A DNA stretch of 64,000 bases from an uncultured delta proteobacterium. GTDB taxonomy: Bacteria > Desulfobacterota > Binatia > JACPRU01. The position numbers and the translations under genes were made by a program. Position 1 is the first letter of the stretch. The number at the start of each line of letters is the position of its first letter. The notes below the pieces were generated by a model that saw only the letters and a program-made list of their open reading frames with translations, did not search any database and was not told where the DNA came from. This document shows positions 9,568 through 20,114 of this stretch, piece by piece. Location: assembly GCA_963745025.1 (NCBI GenBank), contig CAVUWD010000011.1, positions 320,001 to 384,000 on the forward strand, written 5' to 3'.

Positions 9568-9791
9568 CCCGACCACTGGCACTGCTTGAGGCGGTACGCG
9601 CGCTGCGAAGTAAAGACGGCATGGATCTCGCGCCCGAGCTCGGTGCCATCCACGAGCTTTCCCGCGTGCGCAAGGAAAGTTACGTGATACGCCAACACGT
9701 CGTGCGCCTCGCGAGCTACTACACGCAGAAGAAGTTGACGGGCATTATTGCCCCGCTACCGACCGACCCGAAACCGAGGGGCGACGGCTGA
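9564..9791 (+). CDS. Small hypothetical protein or relic, coupled to the radical SAM gene
   Basis: GTGA overlap; MTRPLALLEAVRALRSKDG...; no family recognised. Confidence 0.3.
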   Translation: MTRPLALLEAVRALRSKDGMDLAPELGAIHELSRVRKESYVIRQHVVRLASYYTQKKLTGIIAPLPTDPKPRGDG

Positions 9792-9866
9792 TCTCCGCGT
9801 AGCGGGAGGAGAGGACAGGGTCGTTCTGTGGAGGAGCCCGTGGCGCAAGCGTGCTGCCGCTTCGCG

Positions 9867-11600
9867 ATGCGCGACCGGCTCCTCGCCGTCGCATCGTACA
9901 CGATCGTCGCGCTAGTCTGCCTCGCTCGGCTCGACGGCGTGTTCACGTTCCGCGACCTCACCTCGACCGACACGGAACTATACTACCGCGCCGCATCGAC
10001 GTGGCTCGGCCAAGGGCTCCTCACCGTCGATCGCGCGCCGCTATACGCGGTGCTTCTTGCCGTCGCGCGAATGGTGATCGACGACGCCACCATCGTCATT
10101 CCCGCTCACCGCGTAATCGCGGCGCTCGCGCTGGCTCTCGCCGGGCACGCGTTCTTCCGGCGCCTGTTCCCAGCCCCGATCGCGCTGGTGCTCGCGACAT
10201 GGGCTGCCTTAGTTCCCACGCAGTTCGACGGCCTCTATGAGGTTCATCTCGTCGGCGCCGCGGCTTGCGCGATCACCGCGTGGGTTGCGACGTACGGCGA
10301 GCGGCGAAGCGCTCGCGGCGCCGTCCTCGGGCTGCTGCTGATCTTCTCTCTCATCCGCTCCGAGCTCCTGGCGGCGGCGGTCGCCTGGGGGGCCGCTTGT
10401 GCCTTCTACGAGTTCCGCCTGCGGCGCTCGAACGGCGCGAGCCCCGGGTCCGTCCTCCTGCCCTTCCTGCTTCCCCCGCTCGCCTTGGCCGTCGTGCTCT
10501 CCATCACCTTCGCCGCCGGCGGGTGGGCACCGAGATTCCGCACGCCCAAGACCACGCGGCACTTCTGCAACGCCTACGCGCTTGGTGTCGCGGAGCGTGA
10601 GGGCCTGCCACGCCGCGCTACGTGGGTCGGATGCAAGCGAATCTTGCTGCGCGATTTCGGGCGCGCCGACGTGGGACCCTTCGGAGCACTGACGGCATCG
10701 CCGCGAGCGATGCTTGGCCACTTCGCCTGGAACCTCCGACTGCTGCCGGCCACGCTGGAGCTGCTACTGTGGGGAGCGACCGGGGCCGCCGAGGGCTCGG
10801 ATTACGTTCCGATACCCACGGGCTCGCTCGTGGCGCGCGGCGCGAGTGTCGTGCTCATCGCGCTCGTCGTCGCTGGTTCCATCCGCCTACGCCCGCCAAT
10901 CGACCCCCGCTTGGAGGCGCGCCGCCATTGGGGCTTCATCGGCCTCGGAGCGCTCCTCGCCACGTCGTTCGTCGTCTTGGTCGCCTCGCGAGCGCGCGCC
11001 CCGTATCTCGCGCCTGTCGGGATTGGCATGTTCGCACTCGTCGGCAGAGCACTCGAAGCGCTTTGGCCGGCGGCGCGCTCGAGACGGGCCGAACTCGCCG
11101 TGATCGGCCTCGTCCTCTGCGCGGTACCGTTCGTACCGGCTCGCTACGACGCAGCGTACCAAACACCCAACGATGCCCTCAATCAGGCGCCAGCATCCGA
11201 GGTTGGCGGGGGGCAGCCGACCGCGATCGCGGTGCGACGCCTCAACCGCAATCGCGACGAACTCGCTTCGGAGTCCGTGCGGCTCGCTGCGGCGCTCCGG
11301 CCGACGGCCCTTTGCTGCTACCTCTCCTCGAGCAAGGGAATCTGCGCCGGGGTACGGGTCGGTGCGCTGCTCACTATAGAAGATCCCGCGCTCCTCGATC
11401 GAGAGATCCGGAGGCTTGGAACCACGCACTTCTACGTCGACGAACGCCCGACCGCACGCGCGGCGAAGGAACTCGAGAGCGCCGGGCTCGGATGGACGAG
11501 GGTCGCGCCCGCGGACCGCCGCGAGCCATGGGTCCTCTTGCGCGCGGAGCCTCGCGCCCTCCAACGGGCCCCTGCAACGACACCGCTTCACACGGAGTGA
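9867..11600 (+). CDS. Polytopic membrane protein, GT-C/PMT-like
   Basis: About 11-12 hydrophobic segments, DTELY in the first loop, RAPLY, IRSE motif, soluble C-terminal domain. Confidence 0.55.
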   Translation: MRDRLLAVASYTIVALVCLARLDGVFTFRDLTSTDTELYYRAASTWLGQGLLTVDRAPLYAVLLAVARMVIDDATIVIPAHRVIAALALALAGHAFFRRLFPAPIALVLATWAALVPTQFDGLYEVHLVGAAACAITAWVATYGERRSARGAVLGLLLIFSLIRSELLAAAVAWGAACAFYEFRLRRSNGASPGSVLLPFLLPPLALAVVLSITFAAGGWAPRFRTPKTTRHFCNAYALGVAEREGLPRRATWVGCKRILLRDFGRADVGPFGALTASPRAMLGHFAWNLRLLPATLELLLWGATGAAEGSDYVPIPTGSLVARGASVVLIALVVAGSIRLRPPIDPRLEARRHWGFIGLGALLATSFVVLVASRARAPYLAPVGIGMFALVGRALEALWPAARSRRAELAVIGLVLCAVPFVPARYDAAYQTPNDALNQAPASEVGGGQPTAIAVRRLNRNRDELASESVRLAAALRPTALCCYLSSSKGICAGVRVGALLTIEDPALLDREIRRLGTTHFYVDERPTARAAKELESAGLGWTRVAPADRREPWVLLRAEPRALQRAPATTPLHTE

Positions 11601-11661
11601 TCTACCCGTAGTGCCGACGGAGATCCCAGCGAGCGCAGGCCCGATTCTGGATAGCCGCCCG

Positions 11662-13191
11662 ATGAGTCCCACGACGCGCGCCGCGGGGCGCCTGGACGCC
11701 CTGGTGTGGATGGGGTTCATCGTCGCCACATTCACGCGGGTGACGTGGTTGACGTCGAAGCCCTTCTGGCGAGATGAAGCGTGGGGCGCGTTGCTCGCCG
11801 GCGAGCCGCTCCATAACGTGATCAGGGATGTGCGGCCGATTCCGGTCGGGTTCGTTGCGCTCACGAAGCTCGCCGCCTTGCTGCCCGCATTGCCGCCCGA
11901 GGTCGCGTTTCGTCTGCCGCCGCTGCTGGGCGGCTTGGCGGCACTCCCTTGCATAGTTGGCCTCGCGCGCGCGCTGGGCGCGCCGCAGACCGTGGCCGTG
12001 ACGGCACTGTGGTTGGCCGCGGGCATGCCGGCGCTGATTTATTATTCGCGAGAGCTAAAGTCGTACGGTTTCGATTTTCTGCTTGCCGCCGCGTTACCCT
12101 GGCTGACTGTTCGCCTGTTTGGGCGCGACGGGGACGCACACGGTGGCGACAGGGGCACGACGGCGGGGATCTTGTGCGCGCTCTTGGTCGCCGGCCCGTG
12201 GATCACGTTCGGGGCAGTCTTTCCGATCACGGTCATCTTGGCATGGGGATGGCTCGTGTGGTGGCGCAGCGCGGATCGCGCGACGCGTGCGCGGTGGGCT
12301 ACCGCATCGTTCCTGTTCGGCGTCTCATTCGCCGTCGCCTACATGGTGGCGCTCCGGCGGCAAGCGGCGAGTCCACGCCTGCACAGTTTCTGGCATTCGT
12401 GGTTGTTTACGATCGGCGGCTTACCGACGCCGCTCCAGACTACAGAGGCCTGCGGGCGATACTTCACCATCTCGCTGCGCTATCTCTTCCCTGGCGTGTG
12501 GCCATGCGCGATCGTGCTCGCGATGATCGGCTCGTGGGCGTGGCCGCGCCGGCTGCGAGGCTTTCTGCTGTGCCTTTGCGTCGGCACGGCGGGGGCCACC
12601 GTGGCCGCCGCGCTCGCGAATCGGTATCTGCTCGCCCACGGACGGCTGCTGCTGTTCGCGGCGCCACCGTACATCTTATTGGTGGCGGCGGGGTTGGTGG
12701 AGGTCGGTCGCTGGGTGTCATGTCAGCGGGGCAACTGGATCGGCGTGGCGATCGCGGTGATGGTGTCGCTCGTCTGGTGCTCGGCGTCGGTGCTCCATCG
12801 CATCGGCCTCTATCACGGCGAGGGGAGACACCACTTTCTCTACGACACGCTCCACGACGTGGAGCCGCTGATCGCGTATGCGGCGGAGGCCGCAGCCTCC
12901 GGCGATGCCGTGCTTGCGTCGAACCGCACTGCGTACCAGTTCCGGTTCTACGCCCACGGTCGATTGCCCGACGCCACCGTGTGTTTGTGGTACCAATGCC
13001 AGACCCGGCCGACCCAGTTGCTCCAGCAATGGTTGCTGACGGTCCAGGCGCGTGGCTGGCTATTCTTACTGGATGACGAGGCTGACGCGTTGGCGGCGCT
13101 GATCGATCCGGTGCAGTTTGATCGGCAGGCAGTTGCGCTCACGCGCGGTGCGCAACTGTGGCAGATCACGCGCCGCAGCAACGGACCTTGA
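11662..13191 (+). CDS. GT-C family (GT39/PMT/ArnT-like) membrane glycosyltransferase
   Basis: FWRDEAW first-loop motif, EVAFRLP, IYYSRELKSY, many TM helices, periplasmic C-terminal domain. Confidence 0.75.
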   Translation: MSPTTRAAGRLDALVWMGFIVATFTRVTWLTSKPFWRDEAWGALLAGEPLHNVIRDVRPIPVGFVALTKLAALLPALPPEVAFRLPPLLGGLAALPCIVGLARALGAPQTVAVTALWLAAGMPALIYYSRELKSYGFDFLLAAALPWLTVRLFGRDGDAHGGDRGTTAGILCALLVAGPWITFGAVFPITVILAWGWLVWWRSADRATRARWATASFLFGVSFAVAYMVALRRQAASPRLHSFWHSWLFTIGGLPTPLQTTEACGRYFTISLRYLFPGVWPCAIVLAMIGSWAWPRRLRGFLLCLCVGTAGATVAAALANRYLLAHGRLLLFAAPPYILLVAAGLVEVGRWVSCQRGNWIGVAIAVMVSLVWCSASVLHRIGLYHGEGRHHFLYDTLHDVEPLIAYAAEAAASGDAVLASNRTAYQFRFYAHGRLPDATVCLWYQCQTRPTQLLQQWLLTVQARGWLFLLDDEADALAALIDPVQFDRQAVALTRGAQLWQITRRSNGP

Positions 13192-13680
13192 CACGCTCGA
13201 GGCGCGCATGGGGCAGGTGCAGCAGCGGGGCAAAGCGCACTCGTGACCGCGTCTCTTAGCGTGCCCCCGCTGCGAGGGGGGTACGACGGTCGAGGGTCGC
13301 GGACATCGTCCCTCGTCTCCCGAGCGCTCTTCGCCGCGCGCTCTCGCTCAGGCGTCTCCCCCGAACGGTGTAGGCGTCCTTGATCAGTAGGAACCCGCTC
13401 GTCCGACCCTCCTCTTTGCTGTTTCCCAGGCAATTCGACTGGTCCATGTCCTGCATGATCCGAAGTAGCGATGACCGATCCCGCAGTTCAGCCAACAGTT
13501 AGAGACGGCGCGTCGAGGTCTCCGCCGGGCTTACGCAGTGTCGCTTCCGCGGTGGTGCGATAGACGTCCGGCTCTGATCGATCTCGACAAGCCGCGCTTT
13601 GCAACCGGTGCGCACGCTCGATCGCTCGATACCGCCGCTCGATTGGATTTGCGTTCCGCTTGAGTTAGAGATCGAGTGTC

Positions 13681-14022
13681 TTGAACAGATCTGCTTCTTC
13701 GCCGAACCATGGCCGGCGTGTCAGTCCCGTGGAGTTCGAGACGCAGCTCGCGGGACCCTTCACCGCCGCTCTTCGCTCGAACGACCGAGCAACAGCGGAG
13801 TGGCTCATCGAGTTCCTCCATTCGTGGTTCGTGCCCTCCGCGAGGGCGGGCGCGATCCAGGTGTCGGTTTCGAACGCGGAAGATTCTGATACCGAGCTCT
13901 CCGACGAGGTCGCCGGCGCATCGCGAGAGGTCGAGGACGTGCTCGATCGATACGTCGATGCCTCGGTTGCGTTGCTTCGCCGTTTCGCCGAGGGCAAGAG
14001 CCTCGCGTATCCGGTGCCATGA
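13681..14022 (+). pseudogene. In-frame mosaic relic of the HPrK-like and APH kinase genes
   Basis: Four segments matching 4195-4410, 4931-4950, 5361-5393 and 6131-6200, joined in a single open frame. Confidence 0.9.
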
Positions 14023-15236
14023 CCAGGTCCATCGTGGTCTTGTGCATGGGAGGGACCGGGCACGTGCAAGCCCTCCTCCCGTTGATTTCCGGGCTCGCCT
14101 CTCGCGGCTGCATCGTGCACGTGATGACCCGCGGCGACTTCCGCGCCCACGTCGAGGGAGTGGGTGCGCGCTTCGTCGATCTCTACGCACGCCGCCCGCT
14201 CGAGGCAGCGGATGCGACGTCGATGCCGTTCCCAAGCCGATTCGTCACCTTCGCCGCGACGTACGCCGAAAGCCTGGCCGAGGAGGTCGGCGCGCTCACC
14301 CCGGCATTGATCGTCTACGACACCTTCACGGTTGCAGGTCCGGTGGCGGCGCAGCGGCTCGGCATTCCGTATGTCAACTTCTGCTCGAACCACGCGCCGG
14401 TTCCGGCCCGCATGATCGCGGCCTTGAGGCGCGACCCCCGCGTCGCCATTTCCGCCGAGTGCCGCGCGGCCGTGCGGTGCCTCCGGGAAGTTCACGGGAT
14501 GAGTGGCGCCAATCCGTTTTCATACTACGAGGCGTTGAGTCCGTACTTGAACGTGTACGCGGAGCCGGAGGAGTTCCTCGAGCCAGACGAGCGCGCCGCC
14601 TTCGAGCCGATCGCCTTCTTCGGGTCGCTCCTGCCGCCGGCATCACGAAACGCCCCGGTTATCGGAGCGTTCCCGCGCAGCCGGGACGGAAGAAAAGTCT
14701 ACGTTTCGTTCGGCACGGGTGTCTGGCGGTATTTCGCAACCGTCGCCCTCGCCGCGTTGAAGGCCGTCTCCGATGCCCTTGCGAACCACGATGCGGCCGT
14801 CCTCGTGAGTCTTGGCGGGAGCGACGTCGCGGCGGATGCCCGCGGCGAGCTCGTACGGTCGAACGTCCGCATCGTCGACTACGCCGATCAGTGGGCGGCG
14901 CTCGAGGAGGCCGACCTCTTCATCACCCACCACGGAACCAACTCGACCCACGAATCGATCTTCCACGAAGTTCCCATGCTCTCGTACCCCTTCTTCGGCG
15001 ATCAACCGGCGCTCGCTCGGCGCTGCCAGGAGCTCGGCCTGGCCGTTCCGCTGACTGCCGAGCCGCAAACCCCGGTCACCCCCGAAGCGCTGCTCGCGGC
15101 GTTGCGGCGGGTCGCCGACGAGCAAGACCGCTTTGCGGCCCGCTTATCCGAGGCGCGGTCGTGGGAGCTTCGTACGATCGCCGATCGCGGAGCCGTCCTC
15201 GATCGCATCCTCTCGTGCACTTCGGCGTCCGCTTGA
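14019..15236 (+). CDS. GT1 glycosyltransferase (MGT/UDP-glucuronosyltransferase family), intact
   Basis: GGTGHV, VYVSFGT, DYADQWAALEEADLFITHHGTNSTHES...PFFGDQ (PSPG-like box). Confidence 0.92.
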   Translation: MTRSIVVLCMGGTGHVQALLPLISGLASRGCIVHVMTRGDFRAHVEGVGARFVDLYARRPLEAADATSMPFPSRFVTFAATYAESLAEEVGALTPALIVYDTFTVAGPVAAQRLGIPYVNFCSNHAPVPARMIAALRRDPRVAISAECRAAVRCLREVHGMSGANPFSYYEALSPYLNVYAEPEEFLEPDERAAFEPIAFFGSLLPPASRNAPVIGAFPRSRDGRKVYVSFGTGVWRYFATVALAALKAVSDALANHDAAVLVSLGGSDVAADARGELVRSNVRIVDYADQWAALEEADLFITHHGTNSTHESIFHEVPMLSYPFFGDQPALARRCQELGLAVPLTAEPQTPVTPEALLAALRRVADEQDRFAARLSEARSWELRTIADRGAVLDRILSCTSASA

Positions 15237-15242
15237 GCTCGA

Positions 15243-16778
15243 TCACTGCGCCGGAGTCTCCCGGCGAAGCCTCTCGAAGTCGATCTTGCCCCTCGAGGTT
15301 CGGGGAAGCGCAGCGTGGAACGCGAAGCGCTCCGGGATCATGTAGGGCGGGAGCTTCACGGCGCAGAACTCCTTCAGCTCGACCACCGAGACGCGCGTAC
15401 CGCTCACGTGGGCCACGAGCTCGAGCCCACGCGAACCGTCGACCGCGACCACGACGGCTTCCTTGATCGCCGGGTGCTCGTAGAGGCGCGTCTCGATCTC
15501 GCCGGGCTCGACGCGATAGCCGCGGAGCTTCACCATGCGCCCGATGCGCCCGGCGTAGCGGAGGTCGCCGGTCGGCAGCTCGACCACCAGGTCGCCGGTG
15601 CGATACCACGGCAGCCCTCCGTCCGCGGCCGGGAGCAGGCGCTCGGCGTTCAGCGCGGGCTGATTCAGATATCCGGTCGTCAGACCCTCGCCGCGGAGTT
15701 GGAGCTCGCCGATCGTTCCCGCGGAAACGACCTCGCCCTGGACTCCGACGACGCGCGCTTCGTAGTGCTCGGACGGGCGGCCGATCGGAGGAGGACCGTC
15801 GAACTCCGCGTCGCGAGGAATCTCGTAGTAGGTGGCGATGTTCGTCTCGGTCGATCCCCAGCAATTGAAGTAACGGGGGTGGGGAAGCCGGCGTCGAAGC
15901 GTCGTCAAGTGGGGCGCCGGAAACACCTCGCCGCCGAACACAACGAGCCGAAGGGCGGAGAGATCGCGTGACTCCAGATCGTCGAGCGCGGCGATCCGCG
16001 ACAGGATCGAGGGAGTCGCGAACAAGATCGTCACTCGCTCCCGGCTGATCAGATCGACAACGTGCCGCGCGAACTGGCGAACCTCGTCGGGAACCAAGAC
16101 CAGCGGCGCGCCGCAGGTCGAGCTCGAGTAGATGTCGAACAGCGACATGGCGAAGTGAAACGGCGCATGGTTGGCGAACACGTCGCGCTCGCCGATTCCG
16201 AACAGGCGATGGCTCCACCGCGCGAACGCGGCGATCGCCGCTCGGCTCATCATCCACCCCTTGTGACGGCCGGTGGTGCCCGACGTGTAGAGAATACAGG
16301 CGATCCCGGACTGCGCGGACGCGCGCTTCGCCCGAAGCTCGGGAGCGAACTCGGCAGGGTCGGGCGCCCACTCGCGGATGGCGCGCCCCAGCCCCACGGA
16401 CGCGATCGGATGGACGTCGACCGATCCGCCGAGCCGCTGCGTCGCCTGCCGATATCCCGCCTCGAAGCGCTCCTCGACGATCGTCAGGCGCACGCCGCAG
16501 TCGGTGTGAATTTCGGCATTGCGCTCGACCGGAGCCCCGGGGTCGACGGGCACATAGGTGCAACCGGCGCGAAGCGTTCCCAGCATCGCGGCGATCGCGT
16601 CGCACGAGCGACGGACGTAGAGACCGATGCGGGCGCCCGGCTCGACGTCCAGCCGACACAATCGAGCGGCGACGCCATCCGCGAGTCGATCGAGATCCGC
16701 GTACGAGACGCTTCCGCGCCCCGGTTCGATCACCGCGGGCCGACCGTCCGCCGCTGCGAGCGAGCCGAGACGGGTCAT
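15243..16778 (-). CDS. Stand-alone NRPS-type/DltA-like adenylation enzyme
   Basis: YVPVDP, ILYTSGTTGRHKG, NCWGSTE, GELQLRGEGLTTGYLN, YRTGD, KLRGYRVEPGEIE, LPPYMIP, RGKID. Confidence 0.92.
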   Translation of the reverse strand: MTRLGSLAAADGRPAVIEPGRGSVSYADLDRLADGVAARLCRLDVEPGARIGLYVRRSCDAIAAMLGTLRAGCTYVPVDPGAPVERNAEIHTDCGVRLTIVEERFEAGYRQATQRLGGSVDVHPIASVGLGRAIREWAPDPAEFAPELRAKRASAQSGIACILYTSGTTGRHKGWMMSRAAIAAFARWSHRLFGIGERDVFANHAPFHFAMSLFDIYSSSTCGAPLVLVPDEVRQFARHVVDLISRERVTILFATPSILSRIAALDDLESRDLSALRLVVFGGEVFPAPHLTTLRRRLPHPRYFNCWGSTETNIATYYEIPRDAEFDGPPPIGRPSEHYEARVVGVQGEVVSAGTIGELQLRGEGLTTGYLNQPALNAERLLPAADGGLPWYRTGDLVVELPTGDLRYAGRIGRMVKLRGYRVEPGEIETRLYEHPAIKEAVVVAVDGSRGLELVAHVSGTRVSVVELKEFCAVKLPPYMIPERFAFHAALPRTSRGKIDFERLRRETPAQ

Positions 16779-16787
16779 CCGTGGCGG

Positions 16788-17061
16788 CTAGCCGAGCGCG
16801 GAGCCCTTCCCCGCTCGACTCATGACGAGATCGGCCAACAGCTCGACGGTATCCATGCGACCGACGCGAATGTCCTCGGGCTCGAGGGTCAACGAGAACT
16901 CGCTCCTCGAGGAAGGTGACGAGCTCGAGCATCGACACCGACGTCATGACTCCGCTGCTGATGAGCAACGTCGAGTCCTGGAGCGTTTCCACTGCTTCGC
17001 CCGGGAGGAAGTTGGCGAGGATGAAGGAGCGAATCGTTTGCCGAATTTCCTCGCGCGTCAT
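16788..17061 (-). CDS. Carrier protein (copy B) with a +1 frameshift near 16900, probably a sequencing error
   Basis: Near-identical to 7007-7279 with one extra base. Confidence 0.8.
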
Positions 17062-17121
17062 CACCGATCACCCGTTGCCGTTCGAACGCCGCAGGAAGCT
17101 AGTTCTGCGACCTGCATCCTG

Positions 17122-18438
17122 TCAACGCTTCCACCAGTCCGGGCGGAGCCCCTTCACGAGCGCGGACATCGCCAGCTCGACTTCGTCTTGATGTGCTCCG
17201 GCACCTCGACGGGAAGAAAGGCGCGGAACATCACGTCCTCGTCTCCGGTCAGTCCCGGCAGCCCCTCGCCTCGCACGCCGTATCCCTTGCGCGCGCCCGG
17301 CAGGGTGATCTTGCGGTTCTTCTGCGGATCGCGAATCACGCCTTGCGGATCGCCTCCCGCGGCGACGATTCTCGCTTGCTCGAGCAGCTTCTCGCGAAAC
17401 ATGATGATGCCCCGGTCCGTCTCGCCGAGGTGCTCCCGGGTTCGATCGACGAGCGGGCCCGGCCCGAGCCAGCTCGCGTAGTCCTGGCTCACGAGGTGGC
17501 TGCCGAAGTCCTCGGTCGGTCCCGCTTCCGGCTCGAGGCTCGCGTGCTTGCGGTAGACGGGGACGCGCTCCTGCTCGACCCTCGGCTTCGGCGGGATCAT
17601 CACCTGCCCGTAGCGGCGTCTTCCAGCTGGTGATCGTCAGTCGATACACCATGATCGTCCGTGCATCGTCGACCGGAACGACCCAGGTCAGATACCAGCC
17701 TTGCCCGCCCGCGCCGTCGACGTTCGGAAACAGCACCGTTCGATCCGCCAGCCATCGATCGGAGCCTTCGAGCTTTCGCTGGAAGACCACCCCGTACTCG
17801 AAGTCCAGCCAGCGAAACGCGGTGTGACGCGGACGCCGGGCCGGAACCTCGCGGCCATGGAGGCGATAGGACCAGCGATCGTGAAGCCACTCGATGTGGA
17901 CGGGATCGTAGAAGCCTTCCATGACCTGAACCCAGTTGCAGGGCAGGTGCAAGAAGGAGACGACCGTGTACCCCGGGCTGTAGAAGCCCGCCCAGTCGGG
18001 CAGCAACGAGGCGGGGTCGGGACCGAGGTACGCCCACAGGAGCCCCGCCTTCGCCTGCACCGGATAGGCGCGCGTGCGGATTCGCTCCTTGAACGTCGGT
18101 TCCCGGATTCACCGTCTCTTCGAACGGCTGCTCGAGACAGCGGCCCGCCTCGTCGAAGCGCCAGCCGTGGTAGCTGCAACGGATCCCGCATTCCTCGACC
18201 ATCCCGTACGAGAGGTCGAACTGGCGATGCGGGCAGCGGCGCTCGAGCAGACCGTAGGTGCCACGCTTGTCCCGGTAGAGGACGAGATCCTCGCCGAGCA
18301 CTCGCACCGGGCCGGATCGGCCGTCTCGGCGAGCTCGTCGACCGCCGCGATCGGCATCCAGTAGCGCCGCAGAAGCTCGCCGACGGGAGTGCCCGCGCCG
18401 ACCTGCGACAGCGTCTTGGCGTCCTCTCGATTGAGCAT
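17122..18438 (-). CDS. Rieske non-heme iron oxygenase alpha subunit (phthalate dioxygenase/LigX-like), several frameshifts
   Basis: VGAGTPVGELLRRYWMP, CPHRQFDLSYG...CSYHGW (Rieske site), NWVQVMEGFYDPVHIEWLH (mononuclear Fe site), EHLGETDRGII. Confidence 0.88.
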
Positions 18439-18467
18439 TGCGCCTCTTACCATAGCCTCCGCCACAA

Positions 18468-20097
18468 GTGTTGCCGCAGCCCCACCAGGAGCTCTTGCTC
18501 AAGGCGGTACTCGCCCCAGGCGACGAAGCGGTCCGCCGCTGGAAGGCATGGCGAGCCGCCAACGACCCCGAGGCGAGTCGAGCGCACAAGTCGCCGCCTG
18601 TTCCCGTCGCGTACCGCAACCTGCGCGACGCTGGGCTCTCGGACCGCGATCTCGCGCTGCTCCGCGAAGCGTACGAGGAGAGCCAGACGAAGATGCACGG
18701 GAAGCTCGCCGCCGCTCGACCCGTGCTGGAAGCCCTCGTCGCAGCAGGGGTCGACCCGCTCGTCCTCAAAGGAGCCGCGCTGACACGATTTTACGCGGGT
18801 GACCCGGCGCTCCGGCCTATGCGGGACGTCGACGTGCTCGTGCCCCCGAGCCAAGTCGAGCGAGCGATCGCGACGCTCTCGGCTCTCGGCTACGAGCCGG
18901 CGGCGGGCATGGCCCTCTCGTGCCTCGCCCGATGCGCGTTCCGGGCCGGTCCGGGCTGGTTGTTCGTCGCTCCGAACGCTCCGGACGTGGACCTGCACTG
19001 GCATGCGCTGCACGAATCCCGCCAGCCGGATGCGGACGACGACTTTTGGCAAGGCGCGATCTCTCTCGACTTCCAGGGCATGAAGGTCAAGGCGATGAAC
19101 GCGACCGACCAGCTTCTCCACGTTTGCGTTCACGGCCTGCAGCGCGAGCTGAGGGAGAACCTCCGCTGGATCGTCGACGCAATCATGATCCTGCGGCACG
19201 AAGCGGAGCCGATCGATTGGCAGCGGCTGCTGGCGCAAGTCGTCGCGGCGTCGTCTGGTACTGCAAGCCCGGTACTGCTTTCAGTATCTGGCCGGGACCT
19301 TCGCGGCTCCGATCCCGCAGCAGGCGCTGGAGCAGCTCCGACGCGCGCGGGTCTCGTGGCTCGAGTGGATGGAGTTTCGCGCGCGGCTCCGCCCCGAGCC
19401 GCGCGGAGCGTTTGCGCAAGCGGTCCTCGCCCACCAACAAGAGGTGCGCCGGGGAGGCAATGCATCGCCCCGGGCGTTTTGCCGCTCGCTGCCGCGCCAT
19501 CTCTGGGGCGCAGCGCGGTGGTGGCAGATGCCCGCCTGGACCGTGCTGGATCGGTTGGGTCTCGATCTCCGCCCGGGCACGACGATGGCGCGCTCCGTCT
19601 TCACGGCTCCGCGCGAGCCCGAGACCCCGATCGCACCACCGGCCTACGAGGTCGGCCAGCGGCTCGTCTTCGGCCGTAACGGTAACGGCCTCCCGGCGCT
19701 ATGCTCCGGATGGTCTTATGCCGAGTCGGTTGGCGTTTGGAGCGAGGGAATCATCGCTCGGTTGGAGTTCGTCCTGCGAGAGCTTTCCGAGGGTCCCTTG
19801 CAGTTGGAAATCGAGCTCGCCGCCGCGATGGTCGGCGAGTCCCATCCGACGCTCGATGTTCACGTCCTCGTCGATTCGTCGCGCGTGGCCCGTTGGCGCC
19901 TCGCGGCACCGTTCGCCGCTCCGGCGATCCAGGAAGTGGCGATCCCCGCGGGTCTGCTCGTGGCTATGCGCCCATGCACGATCGATTTCCGCATCATGCG
20001 ACCGCGCTCGCCCGCGTCCCTCGGGCTGAGCGGAGACCAGAGGCTGCTCGGCATCCATTTGAGCTCGCTTCGCCTCCGCCCGGGCCCCGTTGCGTAG
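18468..20097 (+). CDS. Nucleotidyltransferase (NTP_transf_5-like) with a C-terminal beta-sandwich domain; frameshift near 19250
   Basis: LVLKGAAL...LRPMRDVDVLV, VDLHW, LLHVCVHG, LRWIVD; C-terminal GWSYAESVGVWSEG...DQRLLGI. Confidence 0.82.
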
Positions 20098-20114
20098 TCG
20101 GGCTCCACGGCGCT

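Noticed and set aside
15243-17061. dlt D-alanylation operon
   Set aside because: There is no MBOAT (DltB) or DltD gene, and the A enzyme lacks the amino-binding Asp.
4195-20097. Lasso peptide/RiPP cluster suggested by the HPrK-like kinase and NTase
   Set aside because: No precursor, RRE/PqqD, B2 protease or asparagine-synthetase-like cyclase was seen in the window.
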